DNA of 64,000 bases, taken from an uncultured Chloroflexia bacterium (lineage in GTDB: Bacteria; Chloroflexota; Dehalococcoidia; DSTF01; JALHUB01). The translations under genes were made by a program, and so were the position numbers. The notes beneath the pieces were generated by a model. That model was not told where the DNA came from, ran no database searches, and worked only from the letters and a program-made list of their open reading frames with translations. The stretch lies in the NCBI GenBank assembly GCA_963726245.1, contig CAVSBT010000017.1, forward strand, positions 32,001 to 96,000, given 5' to 3'. Below, in pieces: positions 39,010 to 49,071 of the stretch. Positions within the stretch are counted from its first letter, which is position 1, and every line of letters begins with the position of its first letter.

Positions 39010-40332
39010 ATGCCGGTCATTGTCGTCATAGGCGGTCAGTGGGGCGACGAGGGCAAGGGGCGCATGGTGGACCTCCTGGCCCGCAACGCCTCCGTGGTGG
39101 TGCGCTACTCGGCGGGGAACAACGCCGGTCACACCGTGGTCACCGACCAGGGTATCTTCCGGCTTCACGTGGTGCCGGCAGGCATCTTCTACCCCGATAA
39201 GGTCTGTCTCATCGGCAACGGCGTTGTCGTCGACCCTCAGGTCCTGCTCGAGGAGATCGAATCTCTGGAGGCGCAGGGGGTCAGCACCAAGAACCTCTTC
39301 GTCAGCGACCGCGCGCACGTCATCATGCCCTACCACCTGCTCATAGACCGGCTGGACGAGGAGCTCCGGGGTCCGGCGGCCATCGGCACCACCCATCGAG
39401 GCGTAGGCCCGGCCTTCGTGGACAAGGTGGGGCGCGTCGGCATCCGCATGACGGACCTCATCCGGCCGGAGGTATTCCGCGAACGGCTGTCGCTCATCCT
39501 CCCTTACAAGAACGCCTTCCTATCGAAGCTCTACGGCGACCGGCCCCTGGAGTTCAAGGAGGTGTTCGAGCCCTACTCCGACTACGGCCGCCGGCTCGCG
39601 CCCTTCGTCCGCGACACGATGGCCATGGTGCAGGAGGCGCTGGACAGGGGCCAGACGGTGCTCCTGGAGGGTGCCCAGGGCAGCCTGCTCGACCTGGACT
39701 CCGGCACCTACGAGTACGTCACCTCCTCCGTGCCCTCCTCGACGGCGGCGGGCGCCGCCATCGGCATCGGCATCGGGCCTACGGCCGTCACGAAGGTGGT
39801 GGGCGTGTACAAGGCCTACAACACCCGCGTCGGGAACGGCCCCATGCCCACGGAGCTGGTGGACGAGAACGGCGAGGTGCTGCCCGAGGGCATCCAAATC
39901 CGGGACCGCGGCAAGGAGCGGGGCTTCGGCGAGTACGGCGCCACCACGGGTCGCCCGCGCCGCTGCGGCTGGTTCGACGCCGTGGCCGCCCGCTACACTG
40001 CCCGCCTCAACGGCCTGAGCGCCGCCCTTCTCACGAGGCTCGACGTGCTGGACTCCTTCAAGTCCCTCAAGATCTGCACCGGCTATCAGATCGACGGGAC
40101 GGCGGTGCAGGGCTTCCCGGCGAGCACGTGGGATCTTGCCCGCTGCGAGCCGATCTACGTCGAGGTGCCGGGGTGGGAGCAGGATACGGCCGCGGCCCGT
40201 CGCTTCGATGACCTGCCGGTGGCCGCTCAGGCCTACGTGCGCCGCATCGAGAGCCTCATCGGTTGCCCCATCGCCATCGTCTCGGTGGGTCCCGAGCGCG
40301 ACCAGGCAATCATCGTCAAGCCCGTCTTCTAG
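39010..40332 (+). CDS. purA: Adenylosuccinate synthetase
   Basis: GGQWGDEGKG, GNNAGHT, LLEGAQG, EYGATTGRPRRCGWFD. Confidence 0.97.
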   Translation: MPVIVVIGGQWGDEGKGRMVDLLARNASVVVRYSAGNNAGHTVVTDQGIFRLHVVPAGIFYPDKVCLIGNGVVVDPQVLLEEIESLEAQGVSTKNLFVSDRAHVIMPYHLLIDRLDEELRGPAAIGTTHRGVGPAFVDKVGRVGIRMTDLIRPEVFRERLSLILPYKNAFLSKLYGDRPLEFKEVFEPYSDYGRRLAPFVRDTMAMVQEALDRGQTVLLEGAQGSLLDLDSGTYEYVTSSVPSSTAAGAAIGIGIGPTAVTKVVGVYKAYNTRVGNGPMPTELVDENGEVLPEGIQIRDRGKERGFGEYGATTGRPRRCGWFDAVAARYTARLNGLSAALLTRLDVLDSFKSLKICTGYQIDGTAVQGFPASTWDLARCEPIYVEVPGWEQDTAAARRFDDLPVAAQAYVRRIESLIGCPIAIVSVGPERDQAIIVKPVF

Positions 40333-40378
40333 ACCTCTTCGCCCCCCAGCGGGCCCGTGGTAGCATGGCCCCGTTGCC

Positions 40379-40921
40379 ATGCCAGCATCTCGCCCTGCCG
40401 CCGGCTCCGGCGGTCCCCTGCCCGACTACCTTACCCCCGGCCTCGACCTGGTCTTCGTGGGCATCAACCCTGGGCGGCGTTCGGCCGCCACGGGGCATCA
40501 CTATGCCGGGCCGGGCAATCACTTCTGGCCCCTGCTGCACCAGTCCGGCCTCGTGCCCGAACCCCTGACCTACGAGGACGACCGGCGGGTCACGGAGTTC
40601 GGTATCGGCCTCACCAACCTGGTGGCCCGCCCTTCGCCCTCCATGGACGACCTCTCGCTGGAGGAGATGCGCGAGGGGGCGGCGCGGCTGCGGGAGAAGA
40701 TCATGCGCTACCAGCCGCGCATCGTCTGCTTCAACGGCAAGCGCATCTTCGAGGTGTTTGCCGGTCGCCGCTGCGACCTCGGCCTCCAGCCGGAGCGGGT
40801 GGGGCGCTCACGCCTCTTCGTCATGCCGTCTACCAGCGCCCGGACGGCCAGCTACCAGCGAGAGGACAAGCTCGCCTACTTCCGCCGGCTCCGTGACCTG
40901 CTTGGGGTGAGGGACGGCTAA
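40379..40921 (+). CDS. mug: G/U mismatch-specific DNA glycosylase
   Basis: LVFVGINPG, GHHYAGPGNHFW, GIGLTNLV, MPSTS. Confidence 0.9.
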   Translation: MPASRPAAGSGGPLPDYLTPGLDLVFVGINPGRRSAATGHHYAGPGNHFWPLLHQSGLVPEPLTYEDDRRVTEFGIGLTNLVARPSPSMDDLSLEEMREGAARLREKIMRYQPRIVCFNGKRIFEVFAGRRCDLGLQPERVGRSRLFVMPSTSARTASYQREDKLAYFRRLRDLLGVRDG

Positions 40922-40989
40922 GGCCGAACCACCCGCGGTCGTTGACTGGGATTCGGGACGGGACTTAGAATTGAGCCCTAGGACTACCC

Positions 40990-42312
40990 ATGCTCGAAGC
41001 GTTGACCCAGAAGCTCCAGTCCGCCTTCCAACGGCTTGGCAGCCACGGCACCATCACCGAGAAGGACCTGGACGAAGCCATGCGGGAGGTGCGCATCGCC
41101 CTCCTGGAGGCTGACGTTAACTTCAAGGTGGTGCGCGAGTTCATCGCCGGCGTCCGTGAGCGCGCCCTGGGCGCCGGCGTCCTGCGCAGCCTCACCGGCC
41201 CGCAGCAGGTCATCGCCGTCGTCCAGGAGCAGCTCGTCCACACCCTGGGCGACAGCCACAGCACCCTGAAGCCGGCGCCTCATCCGCCCACCGTGGTCCT
41301 GCTGGTCGGCCTGAAGGGCTCCGGCAAAACCACGACCGCCGCCAAGCTGGCCCTCCACCTCCGCAAGGGCGGAGGGAAGCCCCTGATGCTGGCCGCCGAC
41401 CCTCATCGGATGGCGGCCGGCGAGCAGCTCCAGGCGCTGGGGCGCCAACTGGGCATCCCCGTCTTCGGCGGCGACGGCGCCAGCGACCCCGGCCGACTGG
41501 CGCGCCAGGCGCTGGACGAAGCGCGTCGCCTTGGCGCGACCTTCCTCGTCGTGGATACGGCCGGGCACATGCAGGTAGACCGCGAGATGCTGGCCGAGAC
41601 GGCGGACTTGCAGCGCCACCTCTCTCCCAGCGAGGTCCTGCTGGTGGTGGACGCGATGACCGGCCAGGAAGCCGTCAACGTCGCCCAGGAGTTCCACCAG
41701 GTCCTCGGCGTGACCGGCTTCATCGTCAGCAAGATGGACGGCGATGCCCGAGGCGGCGCCGCCCTCTCCATTCGGGCCGTCACCGGGCTGCCCATCAAGT
41801 TCATCGGCACCGGCGAGAAGACGGACGCGCTGGAGCCGTTCCACCCCGATCGCTTCGCCTCGCGCATCCTCGGCATGGGCGACGTCCTCAGCCTGGTCGA
41901 GAAGGCGCGCGAGATGGTGACCGAGGAAGAGGCGCAGGCGATGCAGCGCAAGCTGCGAACCGGCTCGCTGGACCTCGAGGACTTCCTCCTTCAGCTCCAG
42001 CGGGTGAGGGACATGGGCCCTCTCAGCCAGGTCCTGGAGATGATCCCCGGCCTGGGCGCCGCCCGCCGCCAACTGGCCGACCAGTCCATCGACGAGTCAC
42101 AGCTCAAGAAGGTGGAGGCCATTGTTCGTTCCATGACGCCGCAGGAGCGGCACAGCCCGCAGATAATCGACGGCAGCCGGCGGCGCCGCATCGCCCGCGG
42201 CAGCGGCACCACGCCCCAGGACGTAAACCAGCTCCTGAATCAGTGGCGGCAGGCCAAGAAGCTCATGGAGTCCATGTCCGGCCGGCGGGACATGGCCCGT
42301 CTTCTCCGCTAG
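40990..42312 (+). CDS. ffh: Signal recognition particle protein
   Basis: ALLEADVN, GLKGSGKTT, DTAG, KMDGDARGG, FHPDRFASRILGMGD, SRRRRIARGSG. Confidence 0.97.
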   Translation: MLEALTQKLQSAFQRLGSHGTITEKDLDEAMREVRIALLEADVNFKVVREFIAGVRERALGAGVLRSLTGPQQVIAVVQEQLVHTLGDSHSTLKPAPHPPTVVLLVGLKGSGKTTTAAKLALHLRKGGGKPLMLAADPHRMAAGEQLQALGRQLGIPVFGGDGASDPGRLARQALDEARRLGATFLVVDTAGHMQVDREMLAETADLQRHLSPSEVLLVVDAMTGQEAVNVAQEFHQVLGVTGFIVSKMDGDARGGAALSIRAVTGLPIKFIGTGEKTDALEPFHPDRFASRILGMGDVLSLVEKAREMVTEEEAQAMQRKLRTGSLDLEDFLLQLQRVRDMGPLSQVLEMIPGLGAARRQLADQSIDESQLKKVEAIVRSMTPQERHSPQIIDGSRRRRIARGSGTTPQDVNQLLNQWRQAKKLMESMSGRRDMARLLR

Positions 42313-42343
42313 ACCCCGACCATCCATCTCTGGAGGTGAGAAC

Positions 42344-42768
42344 TTGCTAAGAATCAGACTGCGGCGGGTGGGAAAGAAGAAGCAGCCCATGTATCGACTG
42401 GTGGTGACCGACGCCAGGGCGCCCCGCGACGGCGCCTTTGTGGAGATCATCGGCCGCTACAATCCGCTGACCGAGCCCGCCACCCTGGAGATCGACAAGG
42501 AGAAAGCCCTGAGCTGGATCAGCCGCGGCGCCCAGCCCTCAGAGGCGGCCGCCAAGCTCCTGGCCCGCCAGGGCATCATCGAGAAGGTCGAGAGGCCCGT
42601 GAAGGCCGAGAAGGCCGTGAAGGCGGAAGGCCGTGAAGGCCGTGAAGGCCGAGAAGGCTGAGAAGGCCGTGAAGCCGCGAAGGCTGAGGAGGCTGAGGAG
42701 GCCCGAGAAGGCCGAGAAGGGCCGAGAAGGCCGAGAAGGCCGAGAAGGCCGAGAAGGCCGCGCCGTAG
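42344..42768 (+). CDS. rpsP: 30S ribosomal protein S16 with low-complexity tail (indels in the repeat)
   Basis: MLRIRLRRVGKKKQPMYRLVVTDARAPRDG...GAQPSE. Confidence 0.95.
42593..42759 (+). repeat. 9-bp tandem repeat (GAAGGCCGA variants) encoding an AEK/AVK/AEE tail
   Basis: Roughly 18 imperfect units read directly from the sequence. Confidence 0.85.
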
Positions 42769-42772
42769 CCTC

Positions 42773-43012
42773 ATGGACAGCATGAAGGAGCTCATCGAGT
42801 ACGTGGCCAGGGCGCTGGTGGACGACCCCGACCAGGTGCGGGTCACCGAGGAACAAGACGGAGACCGCATCGTGCTGCACCTCGAGGTGGCGGAGCCTGA
42901 CATGGGCAAGGTCATCGGCAAGCAGGGCCGTATCGCCCAGGCCATGCGCACCCTCCTGAAAGTGGCCGCCGTCAAGCGAGGCCAGCGTGCCATCCTGGAG
43001 ATCGGAGACTAG
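42773..43012 (+). CDS. khpA: KH-domain RNA-binding protein
   Basis: MKELIEYVARALVDDPD...DMGKVIGKQGRIAQAMR; conserved position after rpsP. Confidence 0.92.
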   Translation: MDSMKELIEYVARALVDDPDQVRVTEEQDGDRIVLHLEVAEPDMGKVIGKQGRIAQAMRTLLKVAAVKRGQRAILEIGD

Positions 43013-43025
43013 CCGGAGGGGGCCT

Positions 43026-43490
43026 GTGGCGACCACGCCGCGCCTCCAGGGCGCCCGCCTATCCATAAGGCAGGCCCGCCCAGGGGACCTGCCCGCGCTG
43101 CGGGAGTTGCTCTCCCTTTGCGGCCTGCCTCTCGACGGCGTGGCCGGCAACATAGACGCCTTCCTGGTGGCATTCGACGAGGGCGGCCTCACGGGCAGCG
43201 TCGGGCTCGAACCCTACGGCGCCGACGGCCTGCTGCGCTCCCTCGCCGTGCGCCCGGACCATCGCGGCAGGGGCCTCGGCGCCCACTTGACGCGTCGAGC
43301 CCTGCAGGAGGCCCGCCGTCTTGGTCTGCGGCGCGTCTTCCTTCTCACCGAGACCGCCTCAGAGTACTTTCCCCGCTTCGAATTCCGGCCTGTCTCCCGG
43401 CAGCAGGCGCCATCCGCCGTGCAGGCGTCGGTCGAGTTCGCCTCCGCCTGCCCGGAGACGGCCATCTGCATGGAACGGCGCCTTGCCTGA
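43026..43490 (+). CDS. GNAT acetyltransferase (ArsN2-like)
   Basis: GLLRSLAVRPDHRGRGLG, FLLTETASEYF, SVEFASACPETAICM. Confidence 0.8.
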   Translation: MATTPRLQGARLSIRQARPGDLPALRELLSLCGLPLDGVAGNIDAFLVAFDEGGLTGSVGLEPYGADGLLRSLAVRPDHRGRGLGAHLTRRALQEARRLGLRRVFLLTETASEYFPRFEFRPVSRQQAPSAVQASVEFASACPETAICMERRLA

Positions 43491-44037
43491 GGGCCCCGCA
43501 CGCCGCTCCCGTGGGGCGCGCCCCAGCGGGGGTTCGCCCCAGACGGGCACCCCAGGTTACGTGGCCGTGGGATGGGTCGCCGGGCCCTTTGGCGTCCGCG
43601 GCGACCTCAAGGTGCAACCACTGACAGACTTCCCTGAGCGCTTCCAGCGCGGGGCCGCCCTCTGGATGCGGAGACGCCGGTGCGAGGTGCAGCGCTCCCG
43701 CTGGGCCCGCGGCTTCGTCTACCTGGGCCTCATCGGCATCGACAGCCGCGAAGCCGCCGAGGAGCTGCGGGGTGCGCTCCTGGAGGTGCCGGAGGCCGAT
43801 CTCACGCCTCTGCCCGAGGGGCAGTACTACCGCTTTCAGGTCATCGGCCTCGAGGTGCGCACGACGGAGGGGCGCTCCCTGGGCCGCGTCGCCGAGATCC
43901 TGTCGACAGGGGCCAACGACGTCTATATCGTGCGCGGCGGCCCGCGGGAGCTGCTCATCCCGGCTATCGAGGACGTGGTGAAAGAGGTGGACATCGAGGG
44001 CGGGCGCCTGGTCGTCGAGCCGCCGGAGGAGCTGTAG
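43483..44037 (+). CDS. rimM: 16S rRNA processing protein RimM
   Basis: VGWVAGPFGVRGDLKV, LPEGQYYRFQVIGLEV, TGANDVYIV, LLIPAIEDVV. Confidence 0.93.
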   Translation: MPEGPARRSRGARPSGGSPQTGTPGYVAVGWVAGPFGVRGDLKVQPLTDFPERFQRGAALWMRRRRCEVQRSRWARGFVYLGLIGIDSREAAEELRGALLEVPEADLTPLPEGQYYRFQVIGLEVRTTEGRSLGRVAEILSTGANDVYIVRGGPRELLIPAIEDVVKEVDIEGGRLVVEPPEEL

Positions 44038-44108
44038 GCCTCGAAGCCGGGATGACCTCGATGTGGAGTACAATCTAGACGTGATCAGAGACGACGAGGG
44101 ATGAACCG

Positions 44109-44351
44109 TTGAGCGCCAAGAAGCAGCGCTGGGTCCGTCTGGCCATCGCCCCCGACCAGCTCACCGCCGAGATGTGGGTCGAGCTGCTGCGTCGCCAGGA
44201 CATCCCGGCCATGATCAGCCCCCAGGACGCCGTCTCCTTCATGGGGCTCTCGGGCATGGCCTGCCAGGTGCTCGTGCCGAGAGAGAACCTCGCCGAGGCG
44301 GCGCTGCTCCTCCAGCAGCGGACGGAGGGCTCCGGCCTCAGCCAGCCCTAA
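44109..44351 (+). CDS. Small DUF2007-like protein
   Basis: AEMWVELLRRQDIPA...VLVPRENLAEAALLL pattern. Confidence 0.6.
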   Translation: MSAKKQRWVRLAIAPDQLTAEMWVELLRRQDIPAMISPQDAVSFMGLSGMACQVLVPRENLAEAALLLQQRTEGSGLSQP

Positions 44352-44460
44352 CCGATATCAGCTTGGCTAATGCCCCGTGTCGCTGTACAGTACGGTCAAC
44401 GGATGGCGGTTTCGGCAAGCATCCGTTAATCCGTTCGGTATCCGTTGACAGACAGGCTGG

Positions 44461-44487
44461 CGGACGGAGCTAAAGCTCCGTCCCTAC
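44461..44487. repeat. Single REP of the GGACGGAGCT family
   Basis: cggacggagctaaagctccgtccctac; a degenerate copy is also at 19386-19409. Confidence 0.75.
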
Positions 44488-44499
44488 AGACGGAGAAGC

Positions 44500-45710
44500 A
44501 TGCCGGCTAGTTCGATGGGTGGCCACGATTCACGGCGCTTGGCCGTCGGCCGGCTCGCCCTCATCGCCCTCGTGCTCGCGGCCGTCCTTCTGGCCGCCTG
44601 CTCCGGCTCCTCCAGCCAGGGGTCGGAGGACGGGGTGAAGGTCCAGCCCTTCGCGACCGCCACCGCCACCACCGGCCGGCGCCCAGCGCGACGCGGACGC
44701 ACGCCCTCGCCCACTCCCCAAGCCCCCAACACCGACGGCGGCCGCGGCCACGGCGACGGCTGAACCGACCGCTGAACCGACAGTCGAAGCAACGCCTACA
44801 TCGTCGTCGCCGCCGCCCACGGCCGAAGCGATGCCCACGCCAGCGCCGGTTCCGGCGGAGCCTACCGACACGCCCGTTCCTCCCCCACCGGCGCCGCCGG
44901 CGTCGACAGGCGTGACCCTGGCGCCGTCGCAGGTGGTCCAGGGCGGCGCTACGGTGGTGGAGGTCGTGGGCGCCTCGGCGGGGACCGCCTCCGCCGACTT
45001 CGCGGGCAGCCAGTATCCGCTCCTCGCGAGCGGGGGCGTCTTCTGGAGCGTCCTGGGCGTGCCCGCCAACCAGCCGCCGGGTGAGTACCCGGTGCTCGTG
45101 ACGCTGGCGACCGCCGACGGCCGCGCTCTCCGCCAGATGCAGGCCAGCCTCACCGTCACCGCCGCCGGCTACCCGGTCGAGGACGTCCAGCTAGACCCGG
45201 CGGTGGCCGCTCTCCTGGACCCGACTTTGATCGTGGAAGAGCTCAACCACCGCGCCGCCATCTACTCCGTCTTCACACCGGAGCGGATGTGGTCGGGGCC
45301 CTTTCTCATGCCCGTGCAGGGGCCGATCAGCGGCGCCTACGGGGCCGGTCGCAGCTACAACGGCGGCCCCGTCACGGACTACCACCATGGCACGGACATC
45401 GCAGCCGAGGAAGGGGACGCCGGTGATCGCTGCCAACACGGGCCGCGTCGCCTTCGCCGGCGACCTGACGGTGCGGGGCCGCAGCGTCATCCTCGACCAC
45501 GGGGCGGGCGTCTTCAGCGCCTACCACCACCTGAGCGAGATAGACGTGGTCGAGGGACAGCTCGTCAACAAGGGGGACCTGATAGGAGCGGTCGGCCAGA
45601 CGGGCCTGGCCGAGGGCCCTCACCTGCACTGGGAGATCGTGGTGCACGGGGTGGAGGTGGACGCCCTCCTCTGGACGCAGGCGGAGTACGGGCCGCTTCT
45701 GCCGGGCTGA
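44500..45710 (+). CDS. M23 family peptidase lipoprotein (indels)
   Basis: LLAAC lipobox, Pro/Thr linker, HHGTD (HxxxD), ILDHGAG, YHHLS, GPHLHWE (HxH). Confidence 0.88.
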
Positions 45711-45725
45711 GCTTACCGTGAGCCC

Positions 45726-45783
45726 GTAGCCGAGGCTTTCCAGCCTCGGCTCGTATGTGGCCAGGCTCGAAAGCCTGGCCTAC
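45726..45783. repeat. REP doublet between convergent genes
   Basis: gtagccgaggctttccagcctcggc ... ggccaggctcgaaagcctggcctac. Confidence 0.7.
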
Positions 45784-46562
45784 GCAGCAACACCTTCCCC
45801 AGCCTCAGAGCCCAGCTCGCCTAGCTCGTAGAGGACGGCGGCGGCGGCAACGATGCCCGCCGTCTCCGAGCGCAGGATACGCCGGCCCAGCGATACCACC
45901 TGCGCCCCGGCCCGGCGGGCCAGGGCCGCCTCGTCGGCGGCGAAGCCTCCCTCCGGCCCGATGAGGACGGCTACCGTAGGGCGCTCCACCGCCTCGAGGG
46001 CGGGCCGCGCCCGTCGGAGGGCGGCGGCGAGGCCCAGGGCCTCCTCTTCCTCCCAGGGCAGAAGGCGCAGGTCCGCGGCCTCCGACAGGGCTTCTTCCAA
46101 ACTCTCGGCGGGCAGGACCTCGGGCAGGACGCAACGCCCGCACTGCTCGGCCGCCTCCCGCACCACGCGACGCCAGCGCTCCGGCCGCCCCGCGCGCTCC
46201 GGCGCCGCCCGCACGACGCTCCGCCGCGACAACAGCGGCACGAAGGCGGCCACACCCAGCTCCGTCCCCTTCTCCAGCACCCAGTCGAACCGCTCGCCCT
46301 TGATGAGCGACTGGTAGAGCAGCAGCCGCACCCGCGGCTCGGGCCGGCCGGGGCGCCGGCCCACCACCGTCCCGGTCACGCGGTGAGACCCGACGGCGTC
46401 CAGCCGCGTCTCGTACTCCAACCCGCTGCCGTCCAGCAGGACGACGCCGGCGCCGGCTTCGAGGCGGAGGACGCGGGACAGCCGGTGCGCCAGGTCGCCC
46501 TCCAGGCGCACCTCGTCGCCGGAGAAGGCGTCGCGGGGAACGAAGAAGCGGTCCGCACTCAT
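45780..46562 (-). CDS. rsmE: 16S rRNA m3U1498 methyltransferase
   Basis: HRLSRVLRL, EKGTELGV, EAAEQCGR, IGPEGGF, SLGRRILRSETA. Confidence 0.95.
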   Translation of the reverse strand: MSADRFFVPRDAFSGDEVRLEGDLAHRLSRVLRLEAGAGVVLLDGSGLEYETRLDAVGSHRVTGTVVGRRPGRPEPRVRLLLYQSLIKGERFDWVLEKGTELGVAAFVPLLSRRSVVRAAPERAGRPERWRRVVREAAEQCGRCVLPEVLPAESLEEALSEAADLRLLPWEEEEALGLAAALRRARPALEAVERPTVAVLIGPEGGFAADEAALARRAGAQVVSLGRRILRSETAGIVAAAAVLYELGELGSEAGEGVAA

Positions 46563-47479
46563 GACGTCGTACAGATCAAGGCGCACCAGCCGTCGCGGTG
46601 GGCCTGGTCGACGACCCTGAGCCCGGCCTTCTCCAGGGCACCGCGGCAGGCTGTCGCTGAGGCGTCGCCGATGCCGCTGGCGACAAGTATCCCTCCCGGC
46701 GCGACGGCACGCGCCAGGGCGGGGGCCATCGCGGTGATGGCGGCGGTGCTGATATTGGCGAGGACCATGTCGAAGCGGAGCGCGTCCGCATCTGGAAGGG
46801 CCGGGGTGGCGCCCACGCTCCCCTCCTGCACTTGCACAAGGCTCTCGACGCCGTTCACGGCCACGTTCCGGCAGGCAACGTCCACCGCCACAAGGTCGAC
46901 ATCGAGGGCGACGACCCGCGTCGCGCCCAGCAGCGCGGCCGCAATCGCCAGGATGCCGGAGCCCGTGCCCACGTCGAGAACCGACAGGGACGCCTCCCGG
47001 CCGGGGCGCAGGCGACTCTCCAGCGCTTCCAGGCAGAGGCGGGTCGTGGCGTGCTGGCCGGTGCCGAAAGCCATGCCCGGGTCGAGCCGGATGACCACCT
47101 CCCCGGCGCGGGGCGCGTAGTCGATCCAGGTGGGGCAGACGACCAGCCGGCGGCCCACCTTCTCGACGCCGAAGAAGCGCTTCCAGGCCTCCGCCCACTG
47201 CTCCTCGCGGCGCCAGCGTGTGCGCAGGGCCGGAGCCAGACCCAGGGCGCCCACCTCTCGCCGGAGGGCGCGTCGACGCTGGTCCAGACCGTCCTGGCGA
47301 GGGAGATAGGCGCGCACCCTTGCTGGCCGCGCGGGGTCCGGGGCGTAGCTCTCTCCCCGTTCGGCGGGCAAGATCGGCTCCTCGATGCTGACGCCGCCGG
47401 GGCAGTGGCGACGCAGCACCTCGGCCGCTGCCTCAGCATCGGCGGCGGGCACCAGGAGCGTGAACTCGAGCCAGTCCAA
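46559..47479 (-). CDS. prmA: Ribosomal protein L11 methyltransferase
   Basis: LDPGMAFGTGQHATT, VLDVGTGSGILAIAA, LANI, ASGI. Confidence 0.95.
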   Translation of the reverse strand: MDWLEFTLLVPAADAEAAAEVLRRHCPGGVSIEEPILPAERGESYAPDPARPARVRAYLPRQDGLDQRRRALRREVGALGLAPALRTRWRREEQWAEAWKRFFGVEKVGRRLVVCPTWIDYAPRAGEVVIRLDPGMAFGTGQHATTRLCLEALESRLRPGREASLSVLDVGTGSGILAIAAALLGATRVVALDVDLVAVDVACRNVAVNGVESLVQVQEGSVGATPALPDADALRFDMVLANISTAAITAMAPALARAVAPGGILVASGIGDASATACRGALEKAGLRVVDQAHRDGWCALICTTS

Positions 47480-47497
47480 GGTAGGATAGAAGACGCC

Positions 47498-48610
47498 CTA
47501 TCCCAGGGCGTCGCGGATCTTCTCCAGGAGGTTCTTCTCCTCCTGGGGTGTGACGTGGCTGCCCAGGGACTCGGCCAGCTTGAGGAGGAGTTGCCTCTGC
47601 TCCTCCGAGAGGTGGCTCGGCGTCACGACCTGCACCCTCACCAGCATGTCGCCTCGACCCGAGCCGCGCAGATGAGGGATGCCGAGCCCCCTCAGGCTGA
47701 AGACCTCGCCGCTCTGGGAGCCGGGAGGGATGTGGAACAGCCTTGAGCCGTTCAGGGTTGGGATCTCCACCTCGTCGCCGAGAGCCGCCTGCGCGAAGTT
47801 GATGGGCAGGTCGTAGATGATGTCGTAGTCGTCGCGGCGGAAGAAGGCGTGCTCCTGCACACGCAGGAGGACATAGAGGTTGCCCCGCGGACCGCCATGG
47901 CGCCCCATCTCGCCTTCGCCGGTAAGGCGAATCTGCGAGCCGCTCTCGACGCCGGGGGGAATGTTTATCTTGAGACGGCGGCTGGCCTTCTCGCGACCGG
48001 CGCCTCGACAGCGGCGGCAGGGCTGCTGGATGATGCGCCCTTCGCCCCCACAGCGGCCGCAGGGCGCCACGTTCACGAACTGGCCGAAGATGCTGCGCTG
48101 CACGCGCCGCACCTCGCCGCTGCCGCCGCAGGAAGGACACTTCTCCACGTCCGTACCGGGCTCGGCGCGCAGGCCCTGGCAGGCCGAGCAGACCTCGGTG
48201 CGCTCGATCTCGATCTCCTTCTCGCAGCCGAAGACGGCCTCCTCGAAGGAGATGATGAGGCCGAGGCGGAGGTCGGCGCCGCGCTCCGGGGCGCGCTGAC
48301 GGGTGGCGCTGGCGCCGAAGAAGGCGTCGAAGATGTCACCGAAGCCGCCGAAGCCGAAGCCGTCGAACCCACGGGCAAAGGCGCCCTCTGCCCCGGCGTG
48401 GCCAAAGCAATCGTAGACCTGCCGCCGCTCCGGGTCGGAGAGGACCTCGTGGGCCTCGTTGATCTCCTTGAATCGCTCTTCGGCTCCGTCCTCCGGGTTG
48501 CGATCGGGGTGATACTGCATGGCCAGCCGCCGGAAGGCGCGTTTGATCTCCGCCTGACTGGCGCCCCGAGTGATGCCGAGAACCTCGTAGTAGTCGCGCT
48601 TGTTCGCCAT
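47498..48610 (-). CDS. dnaJ: Chaperone DnaJ
   Basis: J-domain HPD, G/F region, four CxxCxGxG-type repeats. Confidence 0.97.
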   Translation of the reverse strand: MANKRDYYEVLGITRGASQAEIKRAFRRLAMQYHPDRNPEDGAEERFKEINEAHEVLSDPERRQVYDCFGHAGAEGAFARGFDGFGFGGFGDIFDAFFGASATRQRAPERGADLRLGLIISFEEAVFGCEKEIEIERTEVCSACQGLRAEPGTDVEKCPSCGGSGEVRRVQRSIFGQFVNVAPCGRCGGEGRIIQQPCRRCRGAGREKASRRLKINIPPGVESGSQIRLTGEGEMGRHGGPRGNLYVLLRVQEHAFFRRDDYDIIYDLPINFAQAALGDEVEIPTLNGSRLFHIPPGSQSGEVFSLRGLGIPHLRGSGRGDMLVRVQVVTPSHLSEEQRQLLLKLAESLGSHVTPQEEKNLLEKIRDALG

Positions 48611-48822
48611 AACTCGATCTGAGAGGGGCCTCGCTCCTGGCCCCTCCGACATTGTAGCAAATGGTCGCCCAAACCGCTCTACGTTCGGCGTGGCGGCGTG
48701 CCATTCCTTGGCGTTACGAGTGCGGCCGGACGCATGACCTCAGATGGGTGTGAGGCGGACTTAGCGTCGAAAGGCCGGCTGTGCCACTGGCTCAGCCGGC
48801 CTGCGCGATGCGGGAGGCGTGG

Positions 48823-49008
48823 CTAGCGGGCCTGCTTACGAGCGCGCCGCCGTGCCGCCTTTGCTTGGGCGAGGCGTTTCGCCTCCGACCTTGAGATGAA
48901 GTGGCGCTTCATCTTCGCTTCGCGAAGAATGCCGTCTTTCTGGACGGCCTGCCGGAATCGAGATAGCAGGTGGTCCTGCGATTCGCCTTCTCGAAGCTGG
49001 ACGAACAA
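48823..49008 (-). CDS. rpsU: 30S ribosomal protein S21
   Basis: VQLREGES...LLSRFRQAVQKDGILREAKMKRHF, basic C-terminus. Confidence 0.85.
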   Translation of the reverse strand: MFVQLREGESQDHLLSRFRQAVQKDGILREAKMKRHFISRSEAKRLAQAKAARRRARKQAR

Positions 49009-49071
49009 TGAAACATCGCCTCCTGGTGCGAGCTCCAGGATCTATCGCGGTATGAAAGCGATGTTCGGCCC

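Noticed and set aside
42593-42759. Possible CRISPR array
   Set aside because: 9-bp head-to-tail units with no spacers, inside rpsP; no cas genes in the window.
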